Positions 1 to 13,182 of a stretch of 64,000 bases of DNA are shown here, one piece after another. How positions within the stretch are numbered: the stretch's first letter is position 1; each line of letters opens with the position of its first letter. The notes beneath the pieces are model-generated. The model searched no databases. It saw only the letters and a program-made list of their open reading frames with translations, and was not told where the DNA came from. The translations under genes and the position numbers were made by a program. Origin of the DNA: Octopus sinensis (taxonomy: Eukaryota); assembly GCF_006345805.1 (NCBI RefSeq), contig NC_042998.1, positions 182,900,001 to 182,964,000 of the forward strand, written 5' to 3'.

Positions 1-335
1 GTCTCTATTCACCCCATACCTTTAGGGTACCTGGATACATAAAATAGTGGTGATAAAGTGTGGAGGTGAATACCTTATCACCATTATTTTATTTATTCCA
101 GCTCCACTCAGTCATTCTCTTTTAAATGTGAGTAGACATGTAGCTTGTCCCTAGTTCTTCTATAGCAAAAAGAGAAACCTGTTCTTACCTCTTCTGTCAT
201 ACTTTAACCCCTGCTTGTATTCTAGCATAAAGCCGCTCCACTGCCTCAGTGTCCATAGTCTTGCCGGATGCATAGCAACCTCACTAAGCTAGTGGTACAA
301 AAAAAGTATCCAGTACATGCTGTAAAATGCATGTA

Positions 336-901
336 TTGGGTTGTCTGGAAAGTTCGTGCCGATTTATAGTAGCTTACCTTTCGACTTATTTTAGAACATG
401 GTTGAGTCCATAAAACAGGATTTGACTACACCTCTATTTAGAGCACAGTTTAAGCTATCTTTTCATGGAAGAAGGTTTATGTTCCTATAACCTGTGTTAA
501 TTCTGTAATCCTTTAAAATGGAAGATAAGAAAATTCATTTTCGGCACTTGATGCTTTGGGAACCAGACAAATATTGCTGCAGCTCGGCTGGGATGTGTTA
601 CCCCACCCCCCATATTCACCAGATACTGCTCCTTCGGATTTCCACTTATTCAGGTCTCTGCAGAATAGTCTTAATGGTAAAAATTTAAATTCCTTGGATG
701 TCGTAAAAAGATACCTTGAGGAATTCTTTGCCATGAAACCACCTGAATTCTGGGAAGAGGGTATTTTCAAGTCAAAGGAAAGATGGAGACGCATTGTACA
801 ACAAAATGGTTCAAATTTGGTTGATTAAAAATGTAATGGCAAGTATTTATTGATCTTTTTCTTTCCTTTAAAAATTGGCACAAACTTTCCGGACAACCCA
901 G
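336..901 (+). mobile_element. Internally deleted mariner (Tc1/mariner) DNA transposon
   Basis: 30-bp imperfect TIRs (336-365 ttgggttgtctggaaagttcgtgccgattt; 872-901 aaattggcacaaactttccggacaacccag), TA on both sides (334-335, 902-903), transposase C-terminal fragment inside. Confidence 0.93.
556..828 (+). pseudogene. Mariner transposase C-terminal fragment
   Basis: LGWDVLPHPPYSPDTAPSDFHLFRSLQNSL matches the mariner HPPYSPDLAPSD motif, followed by FW.EGI...RW; N-terminal and central parts are missing. Confidence 0.9.
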
Positions 902-1571
902 TACTTTGCAGCATGATGTTTGGAATGGCACCAAGCCATTGAAACCATAACAAAAACTTCATAAATTAGAAACCCCAAAACTATTATTACTCTTAAAAAC
1001 ACACTCACAAATATATCCTTTGTATTAACTACATGTAGAATAAATATTCCAATATAGCAAAGGAATTTTTTTCATAAAATGATATATTTATATGTTTAAG
1101 ACATAGTCTTGCTGTGAATGAATCTTGTAGGTATATCCCAAGTATTTGGCAAACAAAAATTGTGCAGGAATAACAATTCCAGAACCAGTCTTTCCATTAT
1201 CTATGCTACTTTGCCAAAAACTTGGGGTATTTCCCAAGTTTTATTCAATAGCAAGACTAAATATGTTTTAAACATATAGATATACTTTGGTATGTTAAAT
1301 CTAAAATTTCGTGCTGGGTTTAGCATAAAGAGAATTTTGAATAGTTGTCTGACTAATGGATATATGCAAATTAGATTACATATGCATAAGCTAAGTAACA
1401 TCTATTATAGAGCTAATATGATGAGGTAAAGTGGAAAATGATAAAAAAGTTATATATATAATTCTGGGAGCAGTCTAGGTTTCTAGAGAAATTCAAGTTA
1501 TGCTGTTATGATGCTATGGAACTTAGATATACCCCAAAGGCAATATATGTCATGCTCCCCAACCACCACAC

Positions 1572-1603
<32 letters not shown>

Positions 1604-1624
1604 ATTATTATTATTATTTATTAT

Positions 1625-2037
1625 AAAGATAGCAGGCTGGCAGAATCTTTAGCATGCCAGAAAAATTGCTTACTAGCATTTCATGTTTGTATTTTCTGAG
1701 TTCAAATTCCGCTGAGGTCATCGTTGCCTATCATCCTTTCAAGGTTAATAAAATATGTACCAGTCAAGTCTGGGGTCATTGTAAGCAACTTCCCTTTCCC
1801 CTACTGGCCCGTTAAAGTGACAAGCTGGCAGAATCTCTTGCATGCCAGACAAAATGCTGCTTAACATTTTGTCTAACTTTATGTTTTGAGTTCAAATTCC
1901 AGAGATTGACTTTGCCTTTCATCCTTTTGGGATCAATAAAATAAGTACCAGTTGAGCACTGGGGTTGATGTAATTGACTGATTCCTTCCTCCAAACTTTC
2001 TGGCATTGTGCCAAAATTTAAAACCATTATTATTATT

Positions 2038-2069
<32 letters not shown>

Positions 2070-2205
2070 TATTATTATTATTGAGGTGGAAAGCTGGCAA
2101 AATCATTAGCATGCCATTTTTATGTTCTGAGTTCAAATTCCATCAAGGTCAACTTTGCCTTTCATCCTTTCCTGTCAATAAAATAAGTACCAGTTGAGAC
2201 TGGGT
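1625..2205 (+). mobile_element. Three head-to-tail copies of a tRNA-SINE with a Deu/Nin-like central domain (family D)
   Basis: Unit gctggcagaatc..ttagcatgcc..ttctgagttcaaattcc..gactttgcctttcatccttt..aataaaataagtaccagt recurs at ~1625, ~1815 and ~2085; B-box-like gagttcaaattcc. Confidence 0.75.
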
Positions 2206-2608
2206 TCCACTTGCCCCTACCATTATTCTTTTAATCTCTCATCAACTGGCACAAAGCCACCTCCTTCAATACCACTCCCCCCCACTCGAGGAGACTTTGT
2301 CTTGTTTTGCAAGCTACAAAAAATGCACCCACTATAGTCTGTAAAGAGGTTAACATTAGGAAGGGTATCCAGCAATAGAAACTGGCATAGCGCTCTGGCT
2401 TGCCAGCTCTTACCAACCCTTCTAGTCCATACAAACAGAGAGAACAGACATTACACAACAACGATGATGATGATAATGATGACAATATGTGATGGGCTTC
2501 CACACAGTTTCTGTCCTCCAGGGTCACTCACAAGATATTGGTCAACCTGAGGCTATATATATATATATATATATCATCGTTTAATGTCCATTTTCCATGC
2601 TGAATGGG

Positions 2609-2642
<34 letters not shown>

Positions 2643-2654
2643 ATATATATATGC

Positions 2655-3183
2655 TAGGCCTATGCTAGAGGTGTACCAGTCCAATTATGTGTGCCTTTCT
2701 TCACTGGACACTAAACTCTGCTTGCGAAGACCAGTTGAGGCAAGTGAAATCGAAGTCGAAATCAAACTCGGTGACTGGCGCCCATTGCTAATGGAGCACT
2801 AAGAGTACCATACGAGTGAGATCATTGCCAGAGCAACAAGCTGGCCTTTGTGCCGATTGCACGCTAAACACACCATTCGAGCGTGATCATTACTGCGTCA
2901 CCTTACTAGCACTTGTGCTGGTGGCACATGAAACATTCGTGCAAGGTCGTCGCCAGTGCTGCTGGACTGGCTCCTGTTCAGGTGGCACATAAAAAGCACC
3001 AAACTGGCCCTCGTGCCGGTGGCACGTAAAAGCACCCACTACACTCTCGGAGTGGTTGGTGTTAGGAAGGGCATCCAGCTGTAGAAACTCTGCCAGATCA
3101 GATTGGAGTCTGGTTCGCCAGACCTCAGTCAAATCATCCAACCCATGCTAGCATGGAAAGCGGACATTAAATGATGATGATGA

Positions 3184-3187
<4 letters not shown>
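2655..3187 (+). mobile_element. RTE-clade LINE 3' UTR fragment (family C)
   Basis: Repeated gtgccggtggcacgtaaaagcacc units, ggttggtgttaggaagggcatccagc, ends gcatggaaagcggacattaaa(tga)n; same 3' end as the ORF-bearing copy at 37172-38130. Confidence 0.8.
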
Positions 3188-3220
<33 letters not shown>

Positions 3221-3222
3221 CA

Positions 3223-3607
3223 CTAGCAGTATCGCCCGGCGTTGCTCAGGTTTGTAAGGGAAATAACTATAAAGCATTTTTAGAGAGTTATAGCCAAAAA
3301 TTAGCAAAAAAATGGGAAAAAAATGATGGTAAATTTTTTTTGAGATTTAAAAAAGGTGGAGTTGCGCCCCCTAGACAGTTTGTGGTTCGTATTTCTGATT
3401 CTCGACCCCATGTCGAATTTATCGATTTTTTTCAGAACTGGGGAAACTTTTCAAAATTTTCGCTGCGTTAGTTTTGAATTATGACATTGGGCTATGTGTG
3501 TGTCAAGTTTCATCAGAATCGGTTGAAAGCCGTGGTCAGGGTGAGGGTACAAGCAAACAGACACACAGAAACACGCACAGACAAACTGCCGTTTATATAG
3601 AGAGAGA
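3223..3607 (-). mobile_element. Non-autonomous Helitron
   Basis: On the minus strand: 5' TC, GC-rich subterminal hairpin, 3' CTAG (3223-3226), inserted between A and T; 3' ~75 bp shared with 47352-47744. Confidence 0.75.
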
Positions 3608-3609
3608 TG

Positions 3610-3648
<39 letters not shown>

Positions 3649-4943
3649 ACACACACTGGTTAGCAGCTCCATAAACAGCTCTATGACAGCCAATGTTGAT
3701 TCTTACAGCCCAAGTGCATTTTACTGTAACTAAAACTCACCCTACTCGTTGCAAAAGCTTCATCAGGATTGATACTCACTTAGTAACCAGCCAATACAAG
3801 TTTCTGTTCACCAAATTTTACTCAGAAGTTATTGACCAATCTTACACCAGAAGACACTTGCCAAAAGCAATTTGTAGCAAGATCAAACTTACAATCATAT
3901 GATGGCTAGAAGAACATTGAGCTTTATTTAATAACCAGTTGATCTAGCAAGTGGGGCCTCATATCAGTGAGGTGGGGCTGGTGCACATTGATGTTGTTGA
4001 GAGGTAGGCCCCAAAACTGCACGTGTTCTCTCCTGATGACCCCATACATTTGCTGGCTTCCGGCATGCGGTGCTTTTGACTGGTAGTACTTGCATGTGCA
4101 AGTTGTTTGCAGAACATGGAGTTTATCTCTTAACCACACTGTCATGCCTGCATCCATATTAAATAATTTTTCGGCTCTAGAATTAAGGCTGATAATCCAA
4201 AATATTAAAATCATAATGTTATCAATGTCACTCCTATCAATTTTATCACTACCATCATCATCATCATCACCATCATCATCATCATTTTCACCATTATTGT
4301 CATCATCATCATAATCATCATCATTCATGTTCTCTCAACCATTATCATCATCAGCTTTTCTTTTTTCTTCACATTATTGCTAGTGGATTTGTCATTGTAA
4401 TTATTCATACTTATCTCTGATAGAAATCAGCCATCTGTGCTTAACATCTAATAGAAAAAGTGTGATATGTCTTATTTTTCTATAGTTGACAGGTTATATT
4501 CTATACTTAGATATTATCATTCCATGTTTAGTAAACAGCTTAAAGTCTTCATACAAAATTTGTATTACATGTAATTTTGAAACGATAATATTAGCCCCTC
4601 AGTAAACCACCATACATTGACCACAAACCTACTATAGCTTATAAAACACTCCTATAAAACAGTATCTGTGAAATATGACCTGTTTGAGACAGCTGTTGAG
4701 AATCTCATCGAATTATTGATCTCTTCCAAATGTAGTGAACTCTGTTCATTGAGCTTTTACCACCCACATTATTTTTTTTTTTTAAATTTGTTGCATCTGG
4801 AGGAAGGAGCAGTGTCCATGGTTTTTACAGGCCCTCCAAGACTGGTGAGATTAAGGAATGAAAGACTGGTCATAGGGATTTGTGTGGAACCTGGTGGAGG
4901 GGAGAGAGCGAGTTATGTTTCTCTAAGAACAGCCACACATGTA

Positions 4944-5085
4944 TCATCATCATCATCGTTTAACGTCCGTTTTCCATGCTGGCATGGGTTGGACGGTTCA
5001 ACTGGGGTCTGGGAAGCCAGAAGGCTGCACCAGGCCCAGTCTGATCTGGCAGTGTTTCTACAGCTGGATGCCCTTCCTAACACCA
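4944..5085 (-). mobile_element. RTE-clade LINE 3' end (family C), short
   Basis: (cat)n-cgtttaacgtccgttttccatgctggcatgggttggac...cagctggatgcccttcctaac. Confidence 0.8.
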
Positions 5086-5912
5086 CAACGTATGCTTGCT
5101 TATATTGACTCTACTATATTATTGACCCCAAAAGAACAAATGGCAATTTTGACCCCTATGGAATTTGCATGTAGACTCAAAAGGCATGACTAATTACAGC
5201 AAGATATGTCTGACTACCATTCTACTGCTTCTATTAAGTAGTGGTTTTTGTGGAAACATGAAATTCTAAGATCTTTTTAATTTTCTATTGCACCATAACC
5301 AAGTGCTTTCTACCATAGTATCAATCCAACCAATGCTTTGTAAGTAAAATTATAGTGAAGGTCACTGAAGGGACTATTTCTGTCCTTTGGATAATATACA
5401 TAATCCATTGCCTAGTCCTTACACTATCGTTTGGCTTTTGAGTGCCTTTAATAGAGTCTGCTATTTTACCTGTCTTCCTCTGACTAGATCATCATTAAAA
5501 TGGAGATAAGAGGAAGAAGTTGGGAGTCATACCTTTTAATAGGGCACTGAATATGTAAGGTAAATCAAAACTAGCTTGTGGAGTGGATTTCTTTAAATCC
5601 CAACTACTTACAACTTCAATGTTGCATTAATGCAAATATTTTTTCATCTTTTATGTCAATTTAACTTCACCAAAACAATAGGCTATTTATTATATAAATA
5701 AAACTGTTTTATTAAAGTAATTTTTTAAAAATATTTTTCATGTGTTTTCATTTGGTTTGAGTTTTTGTTTATATAACCTAATTCAGTTTTAAGTTTTAAT
5801 CTCTGAAATAAGTTTCCAAATAATATTGCTAAAACATCTCTCGAAATCAAGAATACTTTCAATGAAAAACCTAACAGAATCTGGCAAGATTACAAATTTG
5901 TTCCTAGACTGT

Positions 5913-5967
<55 letters not shown>

Positions 5968-6019
5968 TTTTTAATTTCCTCTTCTCCTCTCATTAAGATG
6001 CTCTCAATTATCTCAACGG

Positions 6020-6225
6020 TTTCAAGTTTTCACACAGGTCCAGCAATTTTAAAGGAGGGATAAGTCAATTACATTAACCTCAGTACATAACTGGTATTTA
6101 CTTCATCAACCCTGTAAGGATGAAAGACAAAATTGACTGCTGCAAGATTTAAATTCAGAAAGTAATAAGCCTCCAAAAATAACACTAAGCATTTCGTCTA
6201 GCATACTAATGATTTTATCAGCTCT
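6020..6225 (-). mobile_element. SINE family D, degenerate
   Basis: ctggtattta..caaccctgtaaggatgaaagacaaaattgac..atttaaattcagaa..ctaagcatttcgtctagcatactaatgatt is the reverse complement of the family D unit. Confidence 0.6.
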
Positions 6226-6475
6226 TTTACGTGCCACCAGCACGAGGGCCAGTCTGTTGCCAGTACCACCTAACTGGCCATCGGTGCTGGTGGCACGTAA
6301 AAGCACCCACTACAGTCTTGGAGTGGTTGGCGTTACGAAGGGCATCCAGCCGTAGAAACTCTGCCAGATCAGATTGGAGTCTGGTGCAGCCATCTGGTTC
6401 ACCAGATCTCAGTCAAATCGTCCAACCCATGATAGCATGGAAAGCGGACGTTAAATGATGATGATGATGATGATG
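6226..6475 (+). mobile_element. RTE-clade LINE 3' end (family C) with a short inverted 5' segment
   Basis: Family C terminus with (gat)n tail; 6226-6254 is an inverted copy of 6272-6302. Confidence 0.8.
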
Positions 6476-6560
6476 ACCACCTTTCTCAGTTATTTCAATA
6501 AGTGACAATCAAGATCAGTATGGTATATTAATCTCATTGCCATTTTAATTTTTTAAATAT

Positions 6561-6836
6561 ACCAAAGCCTTGTGAGTGGATTTGGTAGACGGAAACTGAA
6601 AGAAGCCTGTCGTGTGTGTATGTTTGTTTGTCTGTTTCACCCCCCCCCCCCCACACACACACACACCATCACTGGTGTGTTTACGTCCCTGTAACTTAGT
6701 GGTTTGGCAAAAAAGACTGATAGAATAAGTACTGGGCATACAAAGAATAAGTCCTGGGGTCAATTTGTTTGACTAAAGGCAGTGCTCCAGCATGGCTGCA
6801 GTCAAATGACTGAAACAAGTAAAAGAATAAAAGAAT
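6561..6836 (+). mobile_element. tRNA-SINE family B, 5'-truncated
   Basis: accaaagccttgtgagtggatttggtagacggaaactgaaagaagcc ... gcagtcaaatgactgaaacaagtaaaagaataaaaga. Confidence 0.8.
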
Positions 6837-7478
6837 ATTCATTTAAAAAATCGATTTTTACCTGCAGCATTATTCATTAAAGACTTAATATTTTGATGAA
6901 TTTACAACTAGCCTTGTGGCTTGTGGTACAGTTCATTTTGCATTAAGGTAAGAGTACCAGATCTGATACTGATTAGTAACAGTTTCAGATACTAAAGGTA
7001 TTAGGTGACACCTGTTGGTAAGCATAAGAACCAGTAGAAAGTGAACCTGGTGGAAATGTATTGAACCAATTTAATACTTTAACATATTTTGATAGTTCAA
7101 ATGTTTTGATACAAAGGCTTTAGAAACTCTCTGGAATATGGATTGAGCCACTCTGTAAACAAACCCTGTTCTACCCATGAACCAACAAAAGACCATCATT
7201 ACAGTGACTTTACCTGTTAGAATTAGCAATCAAAGCTCCATCTATCATCATCCTCATCATCATCAAAGCATTTACTTTTTTATGCTTGCATAGCTTAGAT
7301 GGAATTTGTTGAGGTAGATTTTCTATGGCTGAATACCGTTCCTGTCACCAATTCTCACCTGTTTCCAAACATGATAATATTTCTGATGGCCAGATATGTT
7401 TTCTATGGAAGACTGGAAATTAATATCACATGTATGACGATGATGGTCATTAAAACCATCACATAATGTGTGTGTGTA

Positions 7479-7558
<80 letters not shown>

Positions 7559-7562
7559 TAAA

Positions 7563-7756
7563 ATGCCATGATAGATCGTTAGCCACTACACACATTTTTT
7601 TCTCTCTTTGTTTTTTTCTGTGTCCCTTTCTGTAGAAGAGCGTAGGCTCGAAACGTAAAAGACTTTTTCTATTCCTGAGTGTTATACTAATACATCTGTT
7701 TGTTTTGTACACCACCTGTCTTCATCTTTTGTTTTTTTTTTCCGTAAACTCTCCCT
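7563..7756 (+). mobile_element. Short PLE-terminal-repeat-like element in (TA)n carrying a minimal hammerhead-like motif
   Basis: Flanked by TA repeats; second copy inverted at ~60948-61143; contains the HHR-like motif at 7626-7661. Confidence 0.65.
7626..7661 (+). ncRNA. Minimal hammerhead-like ribozyme with variant core CUGUAGA
   Basis: cttt-CTGTAGA-a-gagc(gtag)gctc-GAAAC-GTA-aaag: stem I cttt/aaag, stem II gagc/gctc, loopless palindromic ACGT stem III as in dimeric PLE HHRs; position A6 is U. Confidence 0.5.
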
Positions 7757-9000
7757 ATATATGAATAAAACACTAGATGTACCTGCTGTGACCCACTGGG
7801 TGACAACCACTCCATGTTGAAAATGTTGATGCATGGCAGGAAAGGAAAAAATTCTATTTTGAACATCATGTGATAAAATCCTTATATAATACAGTTCTCC
7901 TGCCTTTGGCATGACAACTTAAACACAATCAAGTGTTTCTTTTTTGAAAACATTCAAATGGCCTTCAACATTTTTTCTTCACTTTCTTCTTTGCCATTCT
8001 TTGTTACTACTGGGTACAGAGGGAGAGAAAGAGAGCGAGATATGATGAAGATATGATGAGTTTGGGAAAATACTACTTTGCTTGGAAATAAGTGAGGGAT
8101 AGTGACAGGCTGTAGAAAGCCTACTTCAATAAATTTTACCTGACCCTGGTAAGTGTAGAAAAGGAGGAGAGGAAAAAGCGGTTCTAGATATAAGAGACTA
8201 TGTTTCACTCCTTCATAGGTTTGAAAAAAATTGGAACAAAAACACTTGAATCAAAAGAGACAATAAAAAATTAAAAATAAATATTAACTTTTGTCCTTAC
8301 TCCTATTGCCCCTCAGAGAAAAATTACCTTCCATACAAAAAAAAAAACTAATATAAAATATTGCTCCCTGTTATTCAGCTAGACTTTGCTATCGTCATCA
8401 TCGATAACTGATAGTTGTTACTTTAGGGACCATTACATTTTCTATGCATAAATTGGCTCACAGTCTTCACCTTTTCACTTTAACTAAACCAAACAAGTTG
8501 CTATTGAACTGCGGAGAGGCCACTCATTTTCTATAACAGCACTTGAAGGTAAATGCAAAATTGCTAAAACTAGCTATAGCATGCTACAAGTTGATAATAT
8601 CAATTTGACTTATTTGGATGGCAGGTAAGCTGAATAAAAAGACTCTTGCCAAAAGACTGATGCAAATATGTCATCTTTTTAATATTTTCTTCTTTTTTTT
8701 CTAAGTAACATTTTCTAGTCTTGACACTATGCATTGATCGGTAGATCACATACATAAACATTATATGTATATTTTGTGATATGTGCATCTATCTCAATGT
8801 GTGTGGGTGCGTAAGATAGACATTAAAAAATGATGATATATATATATATTTATATATGTGTATTTGAGAGAATGTGTGTTGAAAAAAAGAGACAGAAATA
8901 TTGACTCTGGAATTCATTCAAATATCATCTGCACAGTGAAGAATTGCAAAACATATAGAAGAGTAGCCATATGTGGTTGATATCTCTATAAATATGTATT

Positions 9001-9057
<57 letters not shown>

Positions 9058-9484
9058 TGCTTATGTTTGTTTATATGCTGCTCATGTGGGATTGATATCC
9101 TTTATGTGTGTGTATATGTGTGTGTCTGTGTTCATGCACGTTTTTCATACAATGAGCTGTGTATGTTTTATATTGGTTGGGAGGATGCATATACACAGGA
9201 GGCATAAAAGTGATTGTAAACTAAGTAACACATCTAATTTAGCAAAGAATCACAGCACTCGGAAAGACTCATTCACCAGCATGTGCTCAATCACTGGCTC
9301 ACAGCCACATCATTTCTCCTCTTTGCCACTTCAGCTGCTACTATGAATGACTTCCACTCCCTTGATCTACCAAGCTGTATTCACTTCATTTAGGCCCATG
9401 CGGGGCACACAAACCCCTCCTACACAAGCCAACAAAGGAGTCTGTACTTTGACCTGCAAGAAATAGTAGCCAAACTTCCTTTAA

Positions 9485-9685
9485 ACCGTTAGCATTTAAA
9501 CTGGTCATATCCAACCCAAATATGCTACTGGTTTTATGTTCAAACAGGCCAGATCCAGCCTTTCACACCTACCCTGCAATGTCATTCTAAAAATAAACAA
9601 TCACATCTTTGAAATATCTGATTAACAAAAGACAATGTGAATAAATAAGCATTACATTTCACAGAGTAATCTGAATGCTAAAGGG
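9485..9685. mobile_element. piggyBac-like MITE
   Basis: TTAA at 9481-9484 and 9686-9689; imperfect TIR accgttagcattta / tgaatgctaaaggg. Confidence 0.7.
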
Positions 9686-10082
9686 TTAACTGTACCATCT
9701 TATTGAAGCATGTTAGATACAACACATCTTAAAGAAAAGGATCAATTGATCATGAGAGGACGTCTTTAATCTTAGATCTTCTTGATCCAGGTTGACCTAG
9801 GAGTAATAAAAACAATATCAGCAACGGCAGCAACTTCTCCGTCCATCTTCCCTAATATATCTGTCTCACCCACATAACATCTAGATCTTGCACTAAACTC
9901 CTTGCTCACTATTCCTCCTGAGAAATATGCTGCTCTTTCAGATACTACTCATGTTTCTGTTACATATATAAGCTTGCAAAGGTTCAAACTGCACATCAAA
10001 TACATTGATTTCAATCTAGGAAGATCTGCAAATACCACAGATGCTGCCCATCCTCCAGCTAAATAATGTTAATAATAATAAT

Positions 10083-10469
10083 GGATGGAAGCACTCCGTC
10101 GGTTACGACGACGAGGGTTCTGGTTGATCCGATCAACGGAACAGCCTGCTCGTGAAATTAACGTGTAAGTGGCTGAGCACTCCACAGACACGTGTACCCT
10201 TAATGTAGTTCTCAGGGATATTCAGCGTAACACAGAGAGTGACAAGGCCGGCCCTTTGAAATACAGGTACAACAGAAACAGGAAGTAAGAGTGAGAGAAA
10301 GTTGTGGTGAAAGAGTACAGCAGGGATCACCACCATCCCTGCCGGAGTCTCATAGAGCTTTTAGGTGTTTTCGCTCAATAAATACTCACAACGCCCGGTC
10401 TGGGAATCGAAACCGCGATCCTGTGACCACGAGTCCGCTGCCCTAACCACTGAGCCATTGCGCCTCCAC
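10083..10469 (-). mobile_element. tRNA-derived SINE family A, full length, inserted in (AAT)n
   Basis: Minus-strand head ggaggcgcaatggctcagtggttagggc...gtttcgattccc with A and B boxes; highly similar to 18378-18762. Confidence 0.9.
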
Positions 10470-10774
10470 TAATAATAATAATAATAATGATGATGATAAC
10501 AGGTGCAGGTGTGTCTGTGTGGTAACAAGCTTGCTTCCCAACCACATAGTTCCTTTAATGTCCAATTTTTTTGCTGGCATGAGTTGGACAGGATGCAGTC
10601 AGCTGCAAGGCTGCATTGAGCTCCTGTATCAGATTTGGCATGATTTTCGCAGCTGGATGCCTTTCCTAATGCCAATCACCTTACAGAGTATAATGAGCAC
10701 TTTTTCATTATGCCACTGGCACTAGTGTAGTTACCAAGTAATTTGTATTTGTGTGTGTGAATATATATATATCA

Positions 10775-11310
10775 TTATCATCATCATCGTTTAACGTCCG
10801 TTTTCCATGCTAGCATGGGTTGGACAGTTTGACCGGGGTCTGGGAAGCCAGGAGGCTGCACCAAGCTCCAGTCTAATCTGGCAGTGTTTCTACAACTGGA
10901 TGCCCTTCCTAACATCAACCACTCCGTGAGTGTAGTGGGTGCTTTTTACGTACCACTAGCACAGGGGCCAAATAAGGCTGGAAAACGGCCACGATCAGTT
11001 GGTGCTTTTACGTGTCACCGACACGGATACCAGTCAGGTGGTGCTGGCAACTGCCACATTCGGATGGTGTTTTTAACATGTCACTGGCACAGGTATCTTA
11101 ACTACAATTCGATTTGATTTTCATTTGATGTTGGTGTTAACGTATTTGACTCAATAGGTCTCCTCAAGAACAGCGGGTCACTCTACGATCCAAGGTTAGC
11201 ACAGCAGGCCGTCCTGAGAGCCATGGACTCACTTCATTTGTCGGGTCTTCGAAGTCACAGCATATCTCCAGAGGTCTCGGTCTTTCATCATAGCCTCTGT
11301 GAGGCTCAAT
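10775..11310 (-). mobile_element. RTE-clade LINE 3' fragment (family C) including the ORF terminus
   Basis: Family C 3'UTR plus ORF end reading LSLTEAMMKDRDLWRYAVTSKTRQMK* on the minus strand; homologous to 37172-37705. Confidence 0.85.
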
Positions 11311-11344
11311 GTACAAGTAAACTTAAAACAAAACAGGGACTCTG

Positions 11345-11382
<38 letters not shown>

Positions 11383-11824
11383 TTAAAAATACACATTAAG
11401 TACAGGGCATCATCAGTGAGTGAAAAATATGTAAACACATGAGAGATAAGTACAGGACAAATACACAAAAAATAGAAAAAAGTACACATTGAGTACAGGA
11501 TATCACCAATGAGTGAAAAATACGTAAACACACAGAGATGAGTACAGGACAAAATACCTGTTTATTACTACCTGATTCAAGCTTCCAAATGACAAGACAG
11601 GAAAACTTCATAAGACAGCAGCATCCAGAAATTTTTAAAATATAAAATTTATGAAGAGTTAGGACTTCGAACGAACAAACAACACCAGAGTGAACATACA
11701 GAGTAAACAACCGACAAAAGACAAACATTAAGGGCCAAATAGTAATGGGTAACACCAGGGAGAAATTTTGAAAGAATATAAAATAAATAGAAGAGAAAAA
11801 AATATCAATAGACAAGAGAGAAAA

Positions 11825-11911
11825 TGTATGTATGTATGTATGTATGTATGTATGTATGTATGTATCTATCTATGTATCTATCTATCTATCTATCTATCTG
11901 TTATCTATCTG

Positions 11912-11962
<51 letters not shown>

Positions 11963-11999
11963 GTCTATCTATTTATCTATCTATCTGTCTAGCTATCTG

Positions 12000-12034
<35 letters not shown>

Positions 12035-12287
12035 GTCTAGCTATCTATCTATCTATCTATCTGTCTAGCTATCTGTCTAGCTATCTGTCTATCTATCTAG
12101 CTATCTATCTATCTATCTATCTCTCTATCTATCTGTCTATATATCTCTCTTTCTATCTATCCATCTGTCTATCTATCTATCTGTCTATCCATCTATCTAT
12201 CTTATCTATCTATCTGTCTGTCTGTCTGTCTATCTATCTGTCTGTCTGTCTGTCTGACTGTCTATCTGTCTGTCTGTCTGTCTGTCT
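11825..12287. repeat. Compound tetranucleotide microsatellite (TATG)n-(TATC)n-(TGTC)n
   Basis: Direct reading. Confidence 0.97.
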
Positions 12288-12634
12288 ATTCATTCACACA
12301 AGTAGTTCTGATTTTAACTTTATATCTAAAAGAGAAAAATTTAATTTGCAATAACGAATTTTATCTATAATATATTCCTATCAAAACAAGTCTGATTTTA
12401 TTTTCATATTTGAAAGACATCTTTATTCAATCTTACTCTCACCTAATGGTATGTTCCACTTTGTATCTCTGTCAATGTCATACAACTAGATAATTTTTAA
12501 TCAACATCTGTACTTAATGACATGGATTTGTTTTTGTGTTTTTAATATCAATATATATGCTTGCTTTATTTTCGCCATCTTATATTGATTGTAAATAGCC
12601 AAAATGAAATTATGTCTTTTGAGACTATTGATTT

Positions 12635-12638
<4 letters not shown>

Positions 12639-12726
<88 letters not shown>

Positions 12727-12740
12727 ACACACACACACAC
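12639..12740. repeat. (CT)n followed by (CA)n microsatellite
   Basis: Direct reading. Confidence 0.97.
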
Positions 12741-12845
12741 TTTGCATTCGCATTTTAAAAAATTCATTCATTTCCTTTTAATTCATAGGAACTTGTGATT
12801 CTTTTCTACTCATTACTCTGATATTTTTGTCTAAAATTTGTTATG

Positions 12846-13073
12846 TTCGCTTTCCATGCTAGCATGGGTTGGACGATTTGACTGAGGTCTGGCAAACCAG
12901 ATGGCTGCACCAGACTCCAATCTGATCTGGTGGACTTTCTACTGCTGGATGCCCTTCCTAATGCCAACCACTCCGAGAGTGTAGTGGGTGCTTTTATGTG
13001 CCATTGGCATGAGGGCCGATTAGGTGGTACTGGCAACGGCCACACTCAAATGATGCTTTTTATGTGCCACCAG
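12846..13073 (-). mobile_element. RTE-clade LINE 3' end (family C)
   Basis: tttccatgctagcatgggttggacg...ggatgcccttcctaatgccaaccactccgagagtgtagtgggtgctttt. Confidence 0.8.
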
Positions 13074-13182
13074 CGATCTCTTTCAATATTACTTTGCACA
13101 TGCATTGTCAAGGAACACACACAGAAGTGTGTGTGTGTGTGTGTGTGGTGTGTGTGTGTGTGTATGCATACACACGCACATA

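Noticed and set aside
11768-12798. Long low-complexity ORFs (YLSI, SLSL, ERER) and similar CVCV, HTHT, poly-V and poly-T ORFs elsewhere
   Set aside because: They are translations of microsatellites
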